A stretch of 63,554 nucleotides of DNA, the filler included, from Folioceros fuciformis (taxonomy: Eukaryota), in assembly GCA_049999805.1 (NCBI GenBank). It is 4 parts of 4 records of this genome, joined end to end, with 100 filler letters (N's around TTAATTAATTAA, not from the genome) between each part and the next. Parts side by side here need not be neighbours in the genome. Positions count along the whole stretch, not along the records: positions 1 to 26,576 come from JBNGIO010005742.1; 3 more parts are not named here. One strand, given 5' to 3'. Under the pieces are notes generated by a model. That model was not told where the DNA came from, made no database searches, and saw nothing but the letters and a program-made list of their open reading frames with translations. A program made the position numbers and the translations under genes. Shown in pieces: positions 1 to 11,818 of this stretch (its first letter is position 1; each line of letters starts with the position of its first letter).

Positions 1-108
1 CTTGGCTCAAGCACCTCAAGAGAAGGTGTTGGATCGGGGGCTATGGGCATANNNNNNNNNNTGTTGGATCGGGGGCTATGGGCATAAGCTAGGTCCTTAG
101 CTCAAGCA
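1..108 (+). repeat. 60-bp tandem repeat (left part), interrupted by copia-1
   Basis: Unit aagcacctcaagagaaggtgttggatcgggggctatgggcataagctaggtccttggctc; the same unit resumes at 6919. Confidence 0.85.
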
Positions 109-339
109 TAGCATGAACGAGATCGATAGGGTAGGAAAGATGAGTAATGAATGAATTCTTAAAAAATGTATGAGTGTGTGAGGCCTTTATGGCCGTGTCC
201 CGTGAACCTATACGACGGTTGACGGGTAATCGTTCTTTAGGGCACGGTTCGTGCCTGTTCGTATTCTATATGTATATTTAACTAAGGACTACGCTTAGCG
301 CCGGGAAGCGGGATATATTAGGGCAACCTTATTTCGTTA
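109..339 (-). repeat. copia-1 3' LTR (TA...TA ends)
   Basis: Matches 6688-6918 with about 7 substitutions by eye; abuts pyrimidine tract ccccc (PPT on - strand). Confidence 0.92.
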
Positions 340-870
340 CCCCCACTTATTCCACATTCCCACCGTCGTGAACTTGTTTACGCCGCAACCTCTGGCCGTC
401 CTCAGTCTTTCGCATACTTTCCGCCTGCAGAACGGATTGCAGCTATGCTGAGTGTTGGCGGCATTTCTCACTTGGATGGCAGCTTTGTTCCATTGCTCCT
501 GCTGTTGGTAATGGTCGGCATCGCTGCCTGGGAGCTAAAAAGATTTGCCGAGAGGTGTTCGGTTCTAAATCCTCCCACTTCTGATGAGGAGGATTTCTGC
601 AAGCTGTCGCCGTGTCCAAGCCTTGAGATGATTCTTGATGCTGCTGATTGTGATCCAGAGGGTAACCTGGTCTTTAGGTATGCTCCGTTTTGGAGAAGTC
701 CTGAGGCGGAGGTGAAAATGGCAGGATTATAGTTGTCTTGCTTGCACACACACAGGAGTAAAGCAAGGTAGCAATTCTCTTGTGCGTATCAATCTCTCCC
801 CCACTGTCTATGACGAGGCTAACCCTCTGAGTGGGCATGTGCGTGCTTGTGCTGTGCAGGTGTGCGAGAG

Positions 871-3800
871 TCAAGAACTTGGTTGAGTGTCGAGCCCCAG
901 ACCCTTGCAGTGAGCAGTGTGTCTGTCCTTTGGGAGTGACTTAGTGAGTAGGTCTGCCACGTTTTGCTCTGTGGGTACGTAGACTAGGTCAATTTCTCCG
1001 GAGGCTACTGTCTGCCTAATATAGTGCTGTTTGACGGCTATGTGCCTGGTCCGAGAGTGGTGCACTGGATTTCTAGACAGGGCTATGGCTCACTGGTTGT
1101 CGCAGTAGACAGTTGTGGCTCCGGGTTGAGGAAAACCCACAGACGCCATGAACAGGCGGTTGTAGACTGTTTCTTGAGCGACTGCAGTTGCGGCCGTATA
1201 TTCTATCTCGGTGCTAGAGAGTGCGACCACAGTCTGCTTCTTCGACGTCCTGCTGACTGCTCCTCCAGAGAGGATTGTACAATTGGCAGTGATTGACTGT
1301 CTAGAGTCTTCATCACTTGCCCAATCAGAGTCAGAGTAGCGGATGAGTAGTGGAAACTTTCCTTGTTACTCGTATTTGAGTCCAAGATGCTGCGTTCCTT
1401 TTAAATAGCATAGGACTCTCTTAATCCCTGTCCAGTGTGCAATGCCAGGGTCAGCAAGAAATCTTGAGAAGACTCATGCAGCCGGAGCTACATCAGGTCT
1501 TGTCCACCCACTGATCCAGATAAGGCATCCTGTTAGCATATTGTAGGGTTTCTTTCCCATTTCCAACTTCTCAGCTTCTGTCTTTGGGCTTTGGTCTGTG
1601 GAGAACTTCTCTCCCACAGCCATGGGAGTGATTGCTAGCTTATTGTCTGTCATAATAAATCTTTCTAACATTTGCCTTACGTAGTGTGCTTGGTGACAGA
1701 ATATGCTGCTCTTGTCTGGACTGATGACTATCTGTATGCCTAGGAAGAAAGTGAGTTGTCCTAAAACTGTCATGGAAAATTCAGCAGTGAGAATGGACTT
1801 CACTTTCTTTATGATGTCAGGGGAATTGGCAAATATCAGGGCATCATCAACGTACAGTGCTAAGATAGCAAACATCTGCCCTTGCCTCAGGATGTAGACG
1901 TTTGTGTCAGCATCACTCTGACTGAACCCAGACTTGACCAAGTAAGCATGAATCTTCTGGTACCATATCCTTGGCGCTTGTTTTAAGCCGTACAGGCTCT
2001 TCCTTAACTTGCATACCTTATGTGGTTCAGTCTTACTGACATATCCCTCAGGCTGGGTGATATACATTTCCTCGTCTATTTCACCATGCAGGAAAGCGGT
2101 CTTGACGTCCATTTGGTGAATATCCAACTTGCATTCAGCAGCCAAGGCAAAGAGCATCCTTACAAAGGAGGCTCGTACAACAGGTGAGAACGTCTCATGA
2201 AAGTCCAGTCCCTCGACCTGCTTGTATCCATGAACGACGTATCTTGCCTTATATCTGGCCACTGACCCATCAGGATTCAACTTTTTCTTAAACACCCATT
2301 TGCCTGTGAGTGGTTTGCGTCCTAGAGGCAGGTCTACCAGCTCCCAAGTCTGATTATCAATAAGAGACTGGTATTCAGAGTCTATGCCAACCTTCCAGAG
2401 CTTGCCTTCTGGGGAGGTCAGTGCTTCCTTCAGGGTAGCAGGTTCTCCGAGGTCCTGAGCTGCTATCAGGGCGCGTGCAACGTAGTTATGAGGTATGCGA
2501 AAGTCATAAGTTGCGGGAGCATCTGAGATGGCTGCAAGGTTTGCGTGCTGTCTTTGATACTCTTCATCCAATTCGTAGCTCAGTGGTTTGTATGTCCACT
2601 GACTTGGATCTGTGGTATGACTCCTAGCAGATCTCCTCAGTTCTTGTGGTGCCTGAACTACTTCCTCAGCGACCTCTGAAGAGAGTTGCTCCACATTCTC
2701 CTCAACTTCAGGTGGAGGAGAAGGTGGGGGACTTTCGTTAGTCACATTGTCATGATCCTCATGCTGAGGCTCGTCAACCTGGTCACTTGTCTTCGAGGTT
2801 GAGTCATCTGCAGTGAGGTCAGGTTCATCTTCTGGAAAGGCATCGGCAGGCTGTTCAGCGGCGGTTGGTACTTGCTGAGAGGTAACCAAATGTTCATCAT
2901 GTGTTGAGGATGCATCTTGTTCATCAGTTGTGAGGCGTTCCAGGCCAGGTACATCTCTGCCCTTTTCTGAGGCTTGTAGAAGGAACTGCTCATCAAAGAT
3001 AACATTTCTTGCATGCAGGAAACGACGGTGCAGGGGGTCATAAAGCTTGTAGCCTTTAATGCCCTCTGTATAGCCGATGAACAGGTGTTTGGTTGCCTTA
3101 AGTCCATCTTGCGTCTGACTTCATCAGGTGTATGAGCATAGGCTGGACAGCCCCAGATCCGCAAGTGGTCCACCCGAGGCTTGACGCCAGTCCACCGCTC
3201 AAAAGGTGTAGCATTGGCAAAAGCACGAGTGGGTAGCCTGTTTTGAATGTAGACAGCTGTGGCAACAGCTTCTGCCCAGAAGCACTGGGGAAGTCGGGCA
3301 AGATGCAGCATAGACTTAGCAGCAACCTGTGTGACCTTGTTTTTGTTCTCAGGCAAAGGATTTTGCTCATGCTCATAGGGAACGGTGAGTTGCCGAAGAA
3401 TACCCTCCCGTGAGCAAAACTCCATGAATTCTCCTGAGGTAAACTCACCTCCATTGTCACTTCTCAAGCATTTCAATTTCTGACCTGTAAAGCGTTGAGC
3501 ATACGAGAGGTACAGAAGAAAGCAAGAGAAGGCTTCACTTTTGTGCTTGAGAAAGTAAGTGACTGTAAACCGACTCCAGTCATCAATGAGATGCATAAAA
3601 TAGAGAGCACCACTAAGGGACCGTGTGGACATGGGACCACAGAGGTCAGTGTGCACAGTTTGGAGTAGGTGAGTGGCCCTCGTCGCATCTTGACTGGGAT
3701 GAGGAGCCTTATGGTCCTTCCCTTGTATGCAGGCTTCACAAAAAATGGAGTTCTCAGACTTGAAGTGAAGCGGAGTCCGATACAAGGATGAAGCAGGCAG

Positions 3801-5151
3801 GGTCCAGAGACGTTGGATGTGTACATGTCCCAGGCGGCAGTGCCACAGTTGCGTCTCATTGGGAGAACTGGTGGCTGTAGCATGAGCAGCTGGTGGCCTC
3901 AGCTGGACTCTTCAAGTTGAGCTGGTATAGGTCATTCTTGAGAGTACATGTAACCAATAACTGGTGTGGTGCAGCAGCCTTCCGCAGAGCAAGACCATCA
4001 GGTGTCATCTCCAAGGTAACAAGTGGAGGAGACAGGCGTCTTTATGAGACTAGATTTTTAGCCATCTGTGGGACAAAGATGACATCTAACAGAGTGATGG
4101 TCTTGCCTTGTGCAGGGTGAAGGACGCCTGTGCCAGTGCCCTCAATGCATAGCCCACTGTCATCACCTAAAAGTACAAAGTGTCCCTTAGGAGAAGATGT
4201 GAAAGTGGTAAAGGCTGTGCGAGTGTTACAGACATGCGTGGTGGCACCTGAGTCTAGATACCAGGCATGCCTGTCTTGAGAAGAGGAGACCATACACACT
4301 GTGAGGATGGCCCCTGTCTTTTTCTTGGAGGATACGTGAGCAGATGGAGGGGCTTCTCGCTTAGGTTCACCATTCTGCTTCTTGCGGCATTCAGATTCTA
4401 AATGCCCTGGTATTCTACACCATGTGCAAAGGCCTCTCTTAGCAGTACTGGGCTTGGAGGCTGACCATGCAGGGCGAGGAGAGCCTGGTTTGTAAGGTGG
4501 GCGGTTGCCACCTTGAGCACTCCGTCCTCGTCCTCGGGAAACGAACATGGCTCGTGCAGGGTTACTGGAGGAGGAGCCTCGACCACGAGTGTGAGTAGCC
4601 TCCTCGTTGAGTAGAGCACCAATGATATCTGAGAGTGTGATTGGTGATGGTGTGCCAGCAGCCACTGCTGCTTGAGCTGTCTGTATGTGTTGATTTTGAG
4701 TGCTCACGAAGCTGTTGTATTTTTCTGGTAGTGACATAAGGAGGGCCACTGCAGCTTGGAGTTCATCAACAGCAGTGCCAGCAATTACTCGGCAGAGTGA
4801 GTCCCAGATTGCCTTCGAACTGTCTGCCTCCCGGGCATGAGACATAATGCTTAAATCCAAAGCAGAGTGGATCACGTTTTGGGCGCGAAGATCCTTGAGT
4901 TTCCAGGCATGCTGGTCTGCTCGGCTTGCAGCAGTTGCACGTGTAGTAGGTGTTGCTGGAATTGGAGTTGCTCCAGTAACGAACTCCCAAAGTTCGAGCT
5001 CTTGAAGAATAATACGTACTCGAATCATCCAGATATCGAAATGTTGGCCACTAAATCTATCTTTGTCTTTAAAGTCATACTTAAAATTGTTGACTATGAC
5101 GTTTGCAGGAGGATTAGTGGTACCCATGACAGTATACGGACTGAATTGCAT
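871..5151 (-). pseudogene. copia-1 gag-pol (gag with CCHC knuckle, protease, integrase, RT, RNase H) with frameshifts and stops
   Basis: CTWCRIPGHLESEC; WYLDSGATTH; HTDLCGP..RSDNGGEF; YKARYV..QMDVKTAFL..LYVDD; RTRHIAVK..ADLLTK across ORFs 4042-5151, 2742-3785, 1474-2889, 871-1065. Confidence 0.93.
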
Positions 5152-5540
5152 TTGACTTAGATCAAACAGTTGATCACAATAGAGTGAAGAAGAATGACTA
5201 GAGGCAGGTGAATTATGTGAGGACCTTGGTGTGGAGACCGAATTATCAGAAGAGGGAGACTGAGAGAAAATAACACCAGACGCTAGCGTGCCAGGAGTGC
5301 TGACTGAACTTGGTGCAGGATCTGGAAGGGTGTACTCGTCTGAGTAGTCAAAAGGATTTTCTGGAAGGACAGGTGCCTGTTCGAACCCAGAGATTGGTGA
5401 CTCTTCAGATATCCCCTCAAATCCAGAAGTTGGTAGCGTTTCAGGTACTTCTTCAGATCTGACCCTCTCTGGGGACAGGTCCAGATCTTGAGCTTGAAGG
5501 TGAGGCTTCAGAGCTCGATCTTGGGTGTGACGTTCCGGGT

Positions 5541-6200
5541 CTAGCAGGAATCCGGCGCTGTGGCTTCCCTGCAGGGCTTGGATCCCAAGGTTCCAACATA
5601 TTCAACCACCATCTTCCTTGATTTCTCCTCAAGTGTCATGTGTGTCAAGAATGCGGCCACTTTTGAGATGACGTCGTCCTTGGATCTTCCTACAGGTAAA
5701 ATGCAAGGAAGCTCTGAGGAGAAGTTTGGCACGGTTTGATGGAGGTTGATAAATACTATTCTTTCTGGCTCAGTTTCCAATGACTGTGAGCTCCGCTGCT
5801 TGATCACTCCTTCCAAGTGCGCAACCTTTGTGAACAACGCATTCAGATCATGAGACAGATGTTTGGATCTGCAATTGATGTTGTCGACTTTGTTGCGGAG
5901 GCGCTCCTCCTGAACCTCACGCATCCGCCGAAAATCGCACAGTGTTGCGTGCGTGTGACGGCGCTCCTCAGCAAGCAAATTGTGGACAGTCTTCAACGCC
6001 GGCTCTGTCTGACCAGCCGTGGTTCCAGGTGCGCTCGCAGATGGACGCAGGTGTGCACTTCTTCCACAAGTATTGCAAGAACTCACAGCTTGGTAGGTGC
6101 AGGGTGACGGACGTCCGCTACACTGGCTCTTTGTGGATTGAAGGTGCGCCTTGAGCGGCCATTGCAAGGCATTGCTTAGAATAGCAGTCCAATCATTCAC
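5541..6200 (-). CDS. Extra ORF between PBS and gag of copia-1 (Cys-rich plus predicted coiled coil), function unknown
   Basis: 219-codon open frame (GTG start) in sense orientation; heptad-like segment LRNKVDNINCRSKHLSHDLNALFTKVAHLEGVI. Confidence 0.45.
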   Translation of the reverse strand: MNDWTAILSNALQWPLKAHLQSTKSQCSGRPSPCTYQAVSSCNTCGRSAHLRPSASAPGTTAGQTEPALKTVHNLLAEERRHTHATLCDFRRMREVQEERLRNKVDNINCRSKHLSHDLNALFTKVAHLEGVIKQRSSQSLETEPERIVFINLHQTVPNFSSELPCILPVGRSKDDVISKVAAFLTHMTLEEKSRKMVVEYVGTLGSKPCREATAPDSC

Positions 6201-6675
6201 CTATCTTGTGCAGGCCTATGGACTGACTCCTGTGTGCAGGGATACCCGGTTATCATCACCTGTTTCCTAGTGTACATGAGAATGCTAGAAGATCTGGTGT
6301 TCCTACACAAGCTTGTTTCCTATAGTGGATTGAGTCTTACACACATATTGAACTAGTTGCAGACCATGCTAGAAGTGTACTGGGCTGATCATACTAAGCA
6401 GGACAGAGACCGAGGTGACGATCTAGCAATTTGCAGACGCAGGTTCAACAGGGTGGCTCAATGTTCCTTGGCGCCAGGTACGCAAATGCTACGCGTAGTA
6501 GTGATTGACGACCTCCGCCAAGAAGGCTTCCGCCATCACGCCAAACCGGGTGAGTGAGAGTCTGAGTGCATGAATTGCAGCTCGAAAAATTTTCATGTGT
6601 CAGAGTCCTAATGCAGGACTCGGATTTACAGATCTCACACACACTAGGAGGCGACATGGCGGAGTCCATTGACGG

Positions 6676-6687
6676 GCTCTGATACCA
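6676..6687 (-). promoter_or_regulatory. Primer binding site (tRNA-iMet) of copia-1
   Basis: gctctgatacca is the reverse complement of TGGTATCAGAGC, directly adjacent to the LTR. Confidence 0.93.
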
Positions 6688-6918
6688 TAGCGTGAACGGG
6701 ATCAATAGGGTAGGAAAGATGAGTAATGAATGAATTCTTAAAAAATGTGTGAGTGTGTGAGGCCTTTATGGCCGTGTCCCGTGAACCTATACGACGGTTG
6801 ACGGGTAATCGTTCTTTAGGGCACGGTTCGTGCCTGTTCGTATTCTATATGTATATTTAACTACGGACTATGCTTAGCGCCAGGAAGCGGGATATATTAG
6901 GGCAACCTTATTTCGTTA
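6688..6918 (-). repeat. copia-1 5' LTR (TA...TA ends)
   Basis: Direct repeat of 109-339, bounded by PBS and TSD. Confidence 0.92.
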
Positions 6919-7019
6919 AAGCACCTCAAGAGAAGGTGTTGGATCGGGGGCTATGGGCATAAGCTAGGTCCTTGGCTCAAGCACCTCAAGAGAAGGTGTT
7001 GGATCGGGGGCTATGGGCA
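6919..7019 (+). repeat. 60-bp tandem repeat (right part)
   Basis: Period of exactly 60 (aagcacc at 6919 and 6979). Confidence 0.88.
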
Positions 7020-7699
7020 AAATGAAAACCCTATACATTCAGTAGCTTGGGTCTGCGAACCCTAAAAAGGGAATATGCTATAAAGATCGAAATGTAGACA
7101 AGAGAGCCCAAACACAAAGTTCTTGAAATCTATACGTGTATGTTTTGCTATGTCTCCTTCGGTGTAGAGACCGCTTTGGTAGGTTTGCAAAGGGGAAATG
7201 AAAAAAGTTGGCATCAAAAGGGAATATTTGTGAAGATACACTGTGAAAAACCAATATAATACCTGGAGTGGGAGAGTATCCCCTTTGGCATGCCATACAC
7301 AAGACGAGTCTCAAACATAACACACTTATGCTAGCAAACTTAGGAGTGCGTGCGACATGGCCACACTGTGACAAGCTTTGCTCCATTGTCAAGTTTCTTC
7401 AAGGGTTGCATCTCCCCCTCGCCTCTTCGTAGAAAAGTACCACAAAGCAATAAGACAAAGGAGATATAAAAGAAACAAGAGGGCGCCAATGGCGAGCACC
7501 ATACATGGCAATCTTGGCTAAGTTGTAAAATGCCCTAGCTAAGTTGTAAAATGCCCAGTTTTCTCTGTTGTCACGAGACAAAAACATTTATGGTACGTAT
7601 TGATGAGAGGTGCAAGAATGAGCGTTAGCCATATGTTTCCTTTTCAATAGTTTGAATAGGAATGGAGTTCGGCCAATCACTTAGGGTTTAGGGCTTACA

Positions 7700-8015
7700 C
7701 TTTCTTTCTCAGTTTGGTCATCCAACCAAACAAGACATTCTTATGGCATGCTAAACCAGCCCATTTTCTTTCTCTAGTTTGGTCATCCAACCAAACATGA
7801 CATTGTTATGGCATGCCAACCAGCCCATTTTCTTTCTCTAGTTAGGTCATCCAACCAAACAAGACATTGGTATGGCATGCCAAACTTGCTACTTTCTCTT
7901 TCCACACATTATACTTATTTCTTCCTAGGTATCTACCAGAATATTCTCCCTTGTTGCTGATATTCACATTAAAGTTTGGTCATCCAACCAAACAAGACAT
8001 CGCACTAAACCAGCC
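7700..8015. repeat. ~62-bp degenerate tandem repeat (3 copies plus a partial)
   Basis: Core tttggtcatccaaccaaacaagacatt..tatggcatgc recurs at ~7713, 7778, 7842 and 7975. Confidence 0.8.
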
Positions 8016-8024
8016 ACATAAAGT

Positions 8025-8742
8025 AGGAACTTAGGGTCTAATGAAAGATTTAGGTCTGGATTTTGGATCGGTAATAATTTTCAATTTAGGATTTAGATTT
8101 CATAGCAATTTTCAATTCGGATGGAGACCTGAGAGGTGAGGCAAGGGCATGAGGCGTAGGGTCTCAGCCCTCGCGAAGGGCAAGGCTGAGGCGTGGATTG
8201 AGGGCCTTAGTTATAGAGTAAGGGCACCTAAGCCGCAAGGCCTCAGCCCTCACGCAGTCATGCGGAACCTCAGCCCCCACCACGCGTAAGGTGATGAAGG
8301 GCTGCACCCTTGCCCTCTGGTTTGTCTATAGCCTCGACATTACACTTTGGTTTGGTAATGTCCTCTTCAGCAAGGAGGGGCTTATTCATCCTCGCCCCAA
8401 AGCGAACATAAGTTAAGTGTGTATTTTTCCAAAGGTAGAGTGAGATGGTTTGTTTGCTTTGCCATGCCATATATTGCACCAAACCGCCCACACAAAGCAA
8501 GAACTTAGGGTTTCATGAAAGATTTAGGTCTGGATTTCATATTGGTAATAATTTTCAATCCAGGATTTGGGTTCGATAGTAATTTTCAATTTTGGATTGA
8601 GACATGAGAGGAGAGGCAAGGGCATGAGGCATGGGGCCTTAGCCCTCACATGGGGCAAGGCCGTGAGGCAAAGAGTGAGGGCTTGAGTCGCGGAGTGAGG
8701 GCAACTAAGCTGCGAGGCCTCAGCCCTTCACACAGTCATGTC
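8025..8742. repeat. Diverged ~245-bp direct duplication (8025-8270 / 8499-8742)
   Basis: Both copies start gaacttaggg..atgaaagatttaggtctggattt and end cctcagccc..cac.cagtcatg. Confidence 0.75.
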
Positions 8743-10754
8743 AGATGTTGATGCCAAAAAGTTTCGACTCTTAGCACTTTTCGAACCAAATTTTTGGAGT
8801 GATACTTGTTGGTCCATGATAGTCCTATTTCCAAAAATCATTAGAGAGGTATGGCACGACAACTGGACAAGAGTAGCCCTATGGACCAGGTCTATTGTGA
8901 CACCGGTCTAATCCTATAGCCGAGCCCAGAGCAAAACTCCGGTAAAAGTGAAGACTGGCAAACACCTTATTTGGCAATCCGCCGAACTTTAGTGGAGGAG
9001 GATTTAGCAGACCATGAGTTCGAGTTAGACAAAGAGTCCAACCTAAACACTACTCCAACAATAGCTTTGAGAACACGGGATTTGCTAATAGCGAATCCGG
9101 TAGTCTAGAAGCCTCCCGATAGTCAACACCAATGTTGGGCTCTAGGTAGGTGGCAGTGTGCAGTGGCAGCCCAGAAGGAGGGATGCCAGTGGGTAGTCTT
9201 CACTGATGTGGATGAGTGCATCTTCCTCAGCACCTACATGATGTTGATAGAATCAGCCAAGGCCGGAGCCTCCACTTGCAAGTATAGTAGGTTCAAGAAA
9301 CAGCCTAAGAACAAGTGTAGCAAACAAGTATCGTCAGGATGATGGCGATGAGTGCAAAGGTGAGCAGAAGAGGGCTCTGCAATAGCATAGCTCAGCGGCC
9401 AAGAAGCACCACCATCAAGGAGCTTGATGCGGAAGAAGAGGAGCGGAAGGAGGGTGCAAGGTGTGTCAACGTGGGCATAAAAGAGGCGTCCATCTTGATG
9501 AGGTTGATCCACGACATCACCATGAGGTAGAAGCGCCTATACTTGTCAGTTGACACTAGCTAAGCGGCGGCCCCATGAGCAATCGGGGAGATTTGTTTCG
9601 ATTGCCACAATTTGAGGTCATTAGGGCTTAAGAGCCATCCCAATGATGGGGTGATTGTAAGCTACGATTGCCGAATGGTGGCTCCCAAGCACCACAAATC
9701 TTTGGTCATAGCAAATTCTTTCAAGGTGAGCCCAACATGAGGTCTGAACTCCACGAGCAAGGATCAATCTCATGTGGGACAACCTCTAGAACCACGGCCA
9801 ACTGTAGGACAACGAGTGGAAGGGCCTGCTGGACTGGATGTAGAAGCTGCAGACTGAGAACAAGGAGTTTCGGGTTAAGACGGTGGAGCTCAAAAATCCA
9901 AATGTCGACACCAAAGTTGGGCTCCTCCAGACACAAGTGGAAGCGGTCACCACATTGCACCTACGTGAACAGACAATAGCCACCTCGACAGCTTTGGAAG
10001 AGCACCGAAGGTATGTAGGGGTTGCTACAGCTCAACACGCCGACCAGCCCGAAGCTAGGTGGTGACCCAAGTATCAGACACTAGGTCTACAAGCTGTTTA
10101 AGACCCACTCTTGCAATGGAAGCTGGGCCTCGAACCTTGCTTTTGATCGAGAGCGCTCCCGCTCTAGATTGATGCATTCCCGCTCTCATTGCTTCCATCT
10201 CGAGTGTCCTTTCTTGCAGAGGACCTCTAGCTTCGCGTGTACCAGCCCCCTTCACTCCGGCCTACTCCAACTAATGTTCGATCCAAGCTAGAAGCGACCA
10301 AGATCAACAATGCTTGTGGGAGGTGCTCGGCATATCCCTCGGTCATAGCTACAATGACTCCGGACAACGGACGCCCCATCATGGGTACCAGACCCTCCCC
10401 TGCCCCCTCCATCTTTGCCACTACTGTCCCGCTCTCCATACTACCCCTTCTTCCCTCCATCGCGCTTCCTTGCCCAACATAGATGTTAGATAAGATATAC
10501 ATATATAGGTGATATACATATATTGTATAAAACATTAACCTATAGATTAGGTCAAGTAGACTGTAGTCGTTTAGGTTAATGGAGGTGACCTTTAGCCAAG
10601 CGTTACCTAGAATGGTATTAAGACTTTTTTGGTTGTTGACATTCGTTGTTCAATTATCTACTACCAAGAGATTAAGCAAGTATTCTCGCTTCCACTCGAC
10701 AATTTACATGGTATCAAAGCATGGTGCTCTGTTTCCTATCTACAGACTCTAAGG

Positions 10755-11390
10755 ATGCCGAGGCAGGGTGGCGGTAGGGGGGGTCAACGTGGTGCACTCC
10801 CAAGAAATAGAAGGAGGGAGTTCCACCCACGAAGACAGACAGCAAGCGTCCCTATTGACACTTTGCTGGATCTCTACGAGCACGACTACCCTGTACTCTG
10901 GCTGAGACGTTTTGTGGCACAGCGTAGCAACCCCCCTGGACCGGCTCACGTCCTCAACAGTAATCTTGAGACTGATCGCCTGTATAAGGAGCGCTGTTGC
11001 AAGAGAGGACAGAATCCAGAATTGTTTTACAGCAATAGGACTGGAGTACCCTCACCTTGCCTTAGACCCCCTGTGCCACATCAACACGCAAACAGCATCA
11101 ACAAAAACTCTCCACCATTGAGTAGTAGTAATAGTGCGCAACGCACATTTGTTACCTTGGCTCGTGTGGAGAAGGTGCTCACGTTGGCTTTAGCCAACCA
11201 GGAATCTGTGAGGAACAGGGTAGACAGCCTGAATCGCAACGTAGAATTGGCCATATCAGAATGCAAACATGAGATCAAGCAGGATTTGAATTTCGTGACT
11301 TATTCTCTGCAAATGATGAACCTTAGATTGCAAAAACTTGAAGCTGGCTGCAGTTCTGCTGCTGTTGGGTCCCAGGCTGAAGAATCCTGA
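10755..11390 (+). CDS. Extra ORF upstream of gag in copia-2 (RGG/basic N-terminus, coiled-coil C-terminus)
   Basis: Uninterrupted 211-aa ATG ORF starting 34 nt after the PBS: MPRQGGGRGGQRG... LARVEKVLTLALANQESVRNRVDSLNRNVELAISECKHEIKQDL. Confidence 0.6.
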   Translation: MPRQGGGRGGQRGALPRNRRREFHPRRQTASVPIDTLLDLYEHDYPVLWLRRFVAQRSNPPGPAHVLNSNLETDRLYKERCCKRGQNPELFYSNRTGVPSPCLRPPVPHQHANSINKNSPPLSSSNSAQRTFVTLARVEKVLTLALANQESVRNRVDSLNRNVELAISECKHEIKQDLNFVTYSLQMMNLRLQKLEAGCSSAAVGSQAEES

Positions 11391-11818
11391 GAATTTGCGC
11401 TGCTGTCGAGCGGAGCGTCTTGGCGCAGGAGCAACTCAGACCAGGATCTGAAGAGGCACGATGTGAAACGCGCCTCCTCACCGACTGTGCTTGCTTGTTT
11501 CTTGATTTGTCCACCTGTAGGTGTCTGTTCATCTGACAAAGATGTGGCGGTTAGCTTGAACCCTAATTTTTTATTTTAGTTTCTTGAAACGACATGTTTT
11601 TAGGGTTATGCCTATAAGCACAACAGTTTACTAGTGTCTGAAAAGAAGTTGAGGAGTTTAACATCAGGAGGGCATAATTTCTTACTATCCCTTGCCTCTT
11701 GTTAAACCCTCCAACCTCCTCTCCTACACTACACTAATCAGATCTTCAGATTATTGCATGAAATAGGACAATGCAGGGCAGGATCAGGTCAGGATTCTTC
11801 TCTGCAAGGTAGTCACAT

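Larger units (their letters stand above)
109..6918 (-). mobile_element. Full-length Ty1/copia LTR retrotransposon (copia-1), decayed
   Basis: Two 231-bp LTRs (109-339, 6688-6918); 5-bp TSD AAGCA (104-108, 6919-6923); tRNA-iMet PBS; PPT at ~340-362; gag-PR-IN-RT-RH order. Confidence 0.95.

Noticed and set aside
1-7019. 60-bp and ~62-bp repeats (also 7700-8015) as CRISPR arrays
   Set aside because: Head-to-tail units without unique spacers, no cas genes, eukaryotic context
9100-10478. Short coiled-coil and Pro-rich ORFs
   Set aside because: Stop-riddled with no recognisable domain; probably old TE debris but not assignable
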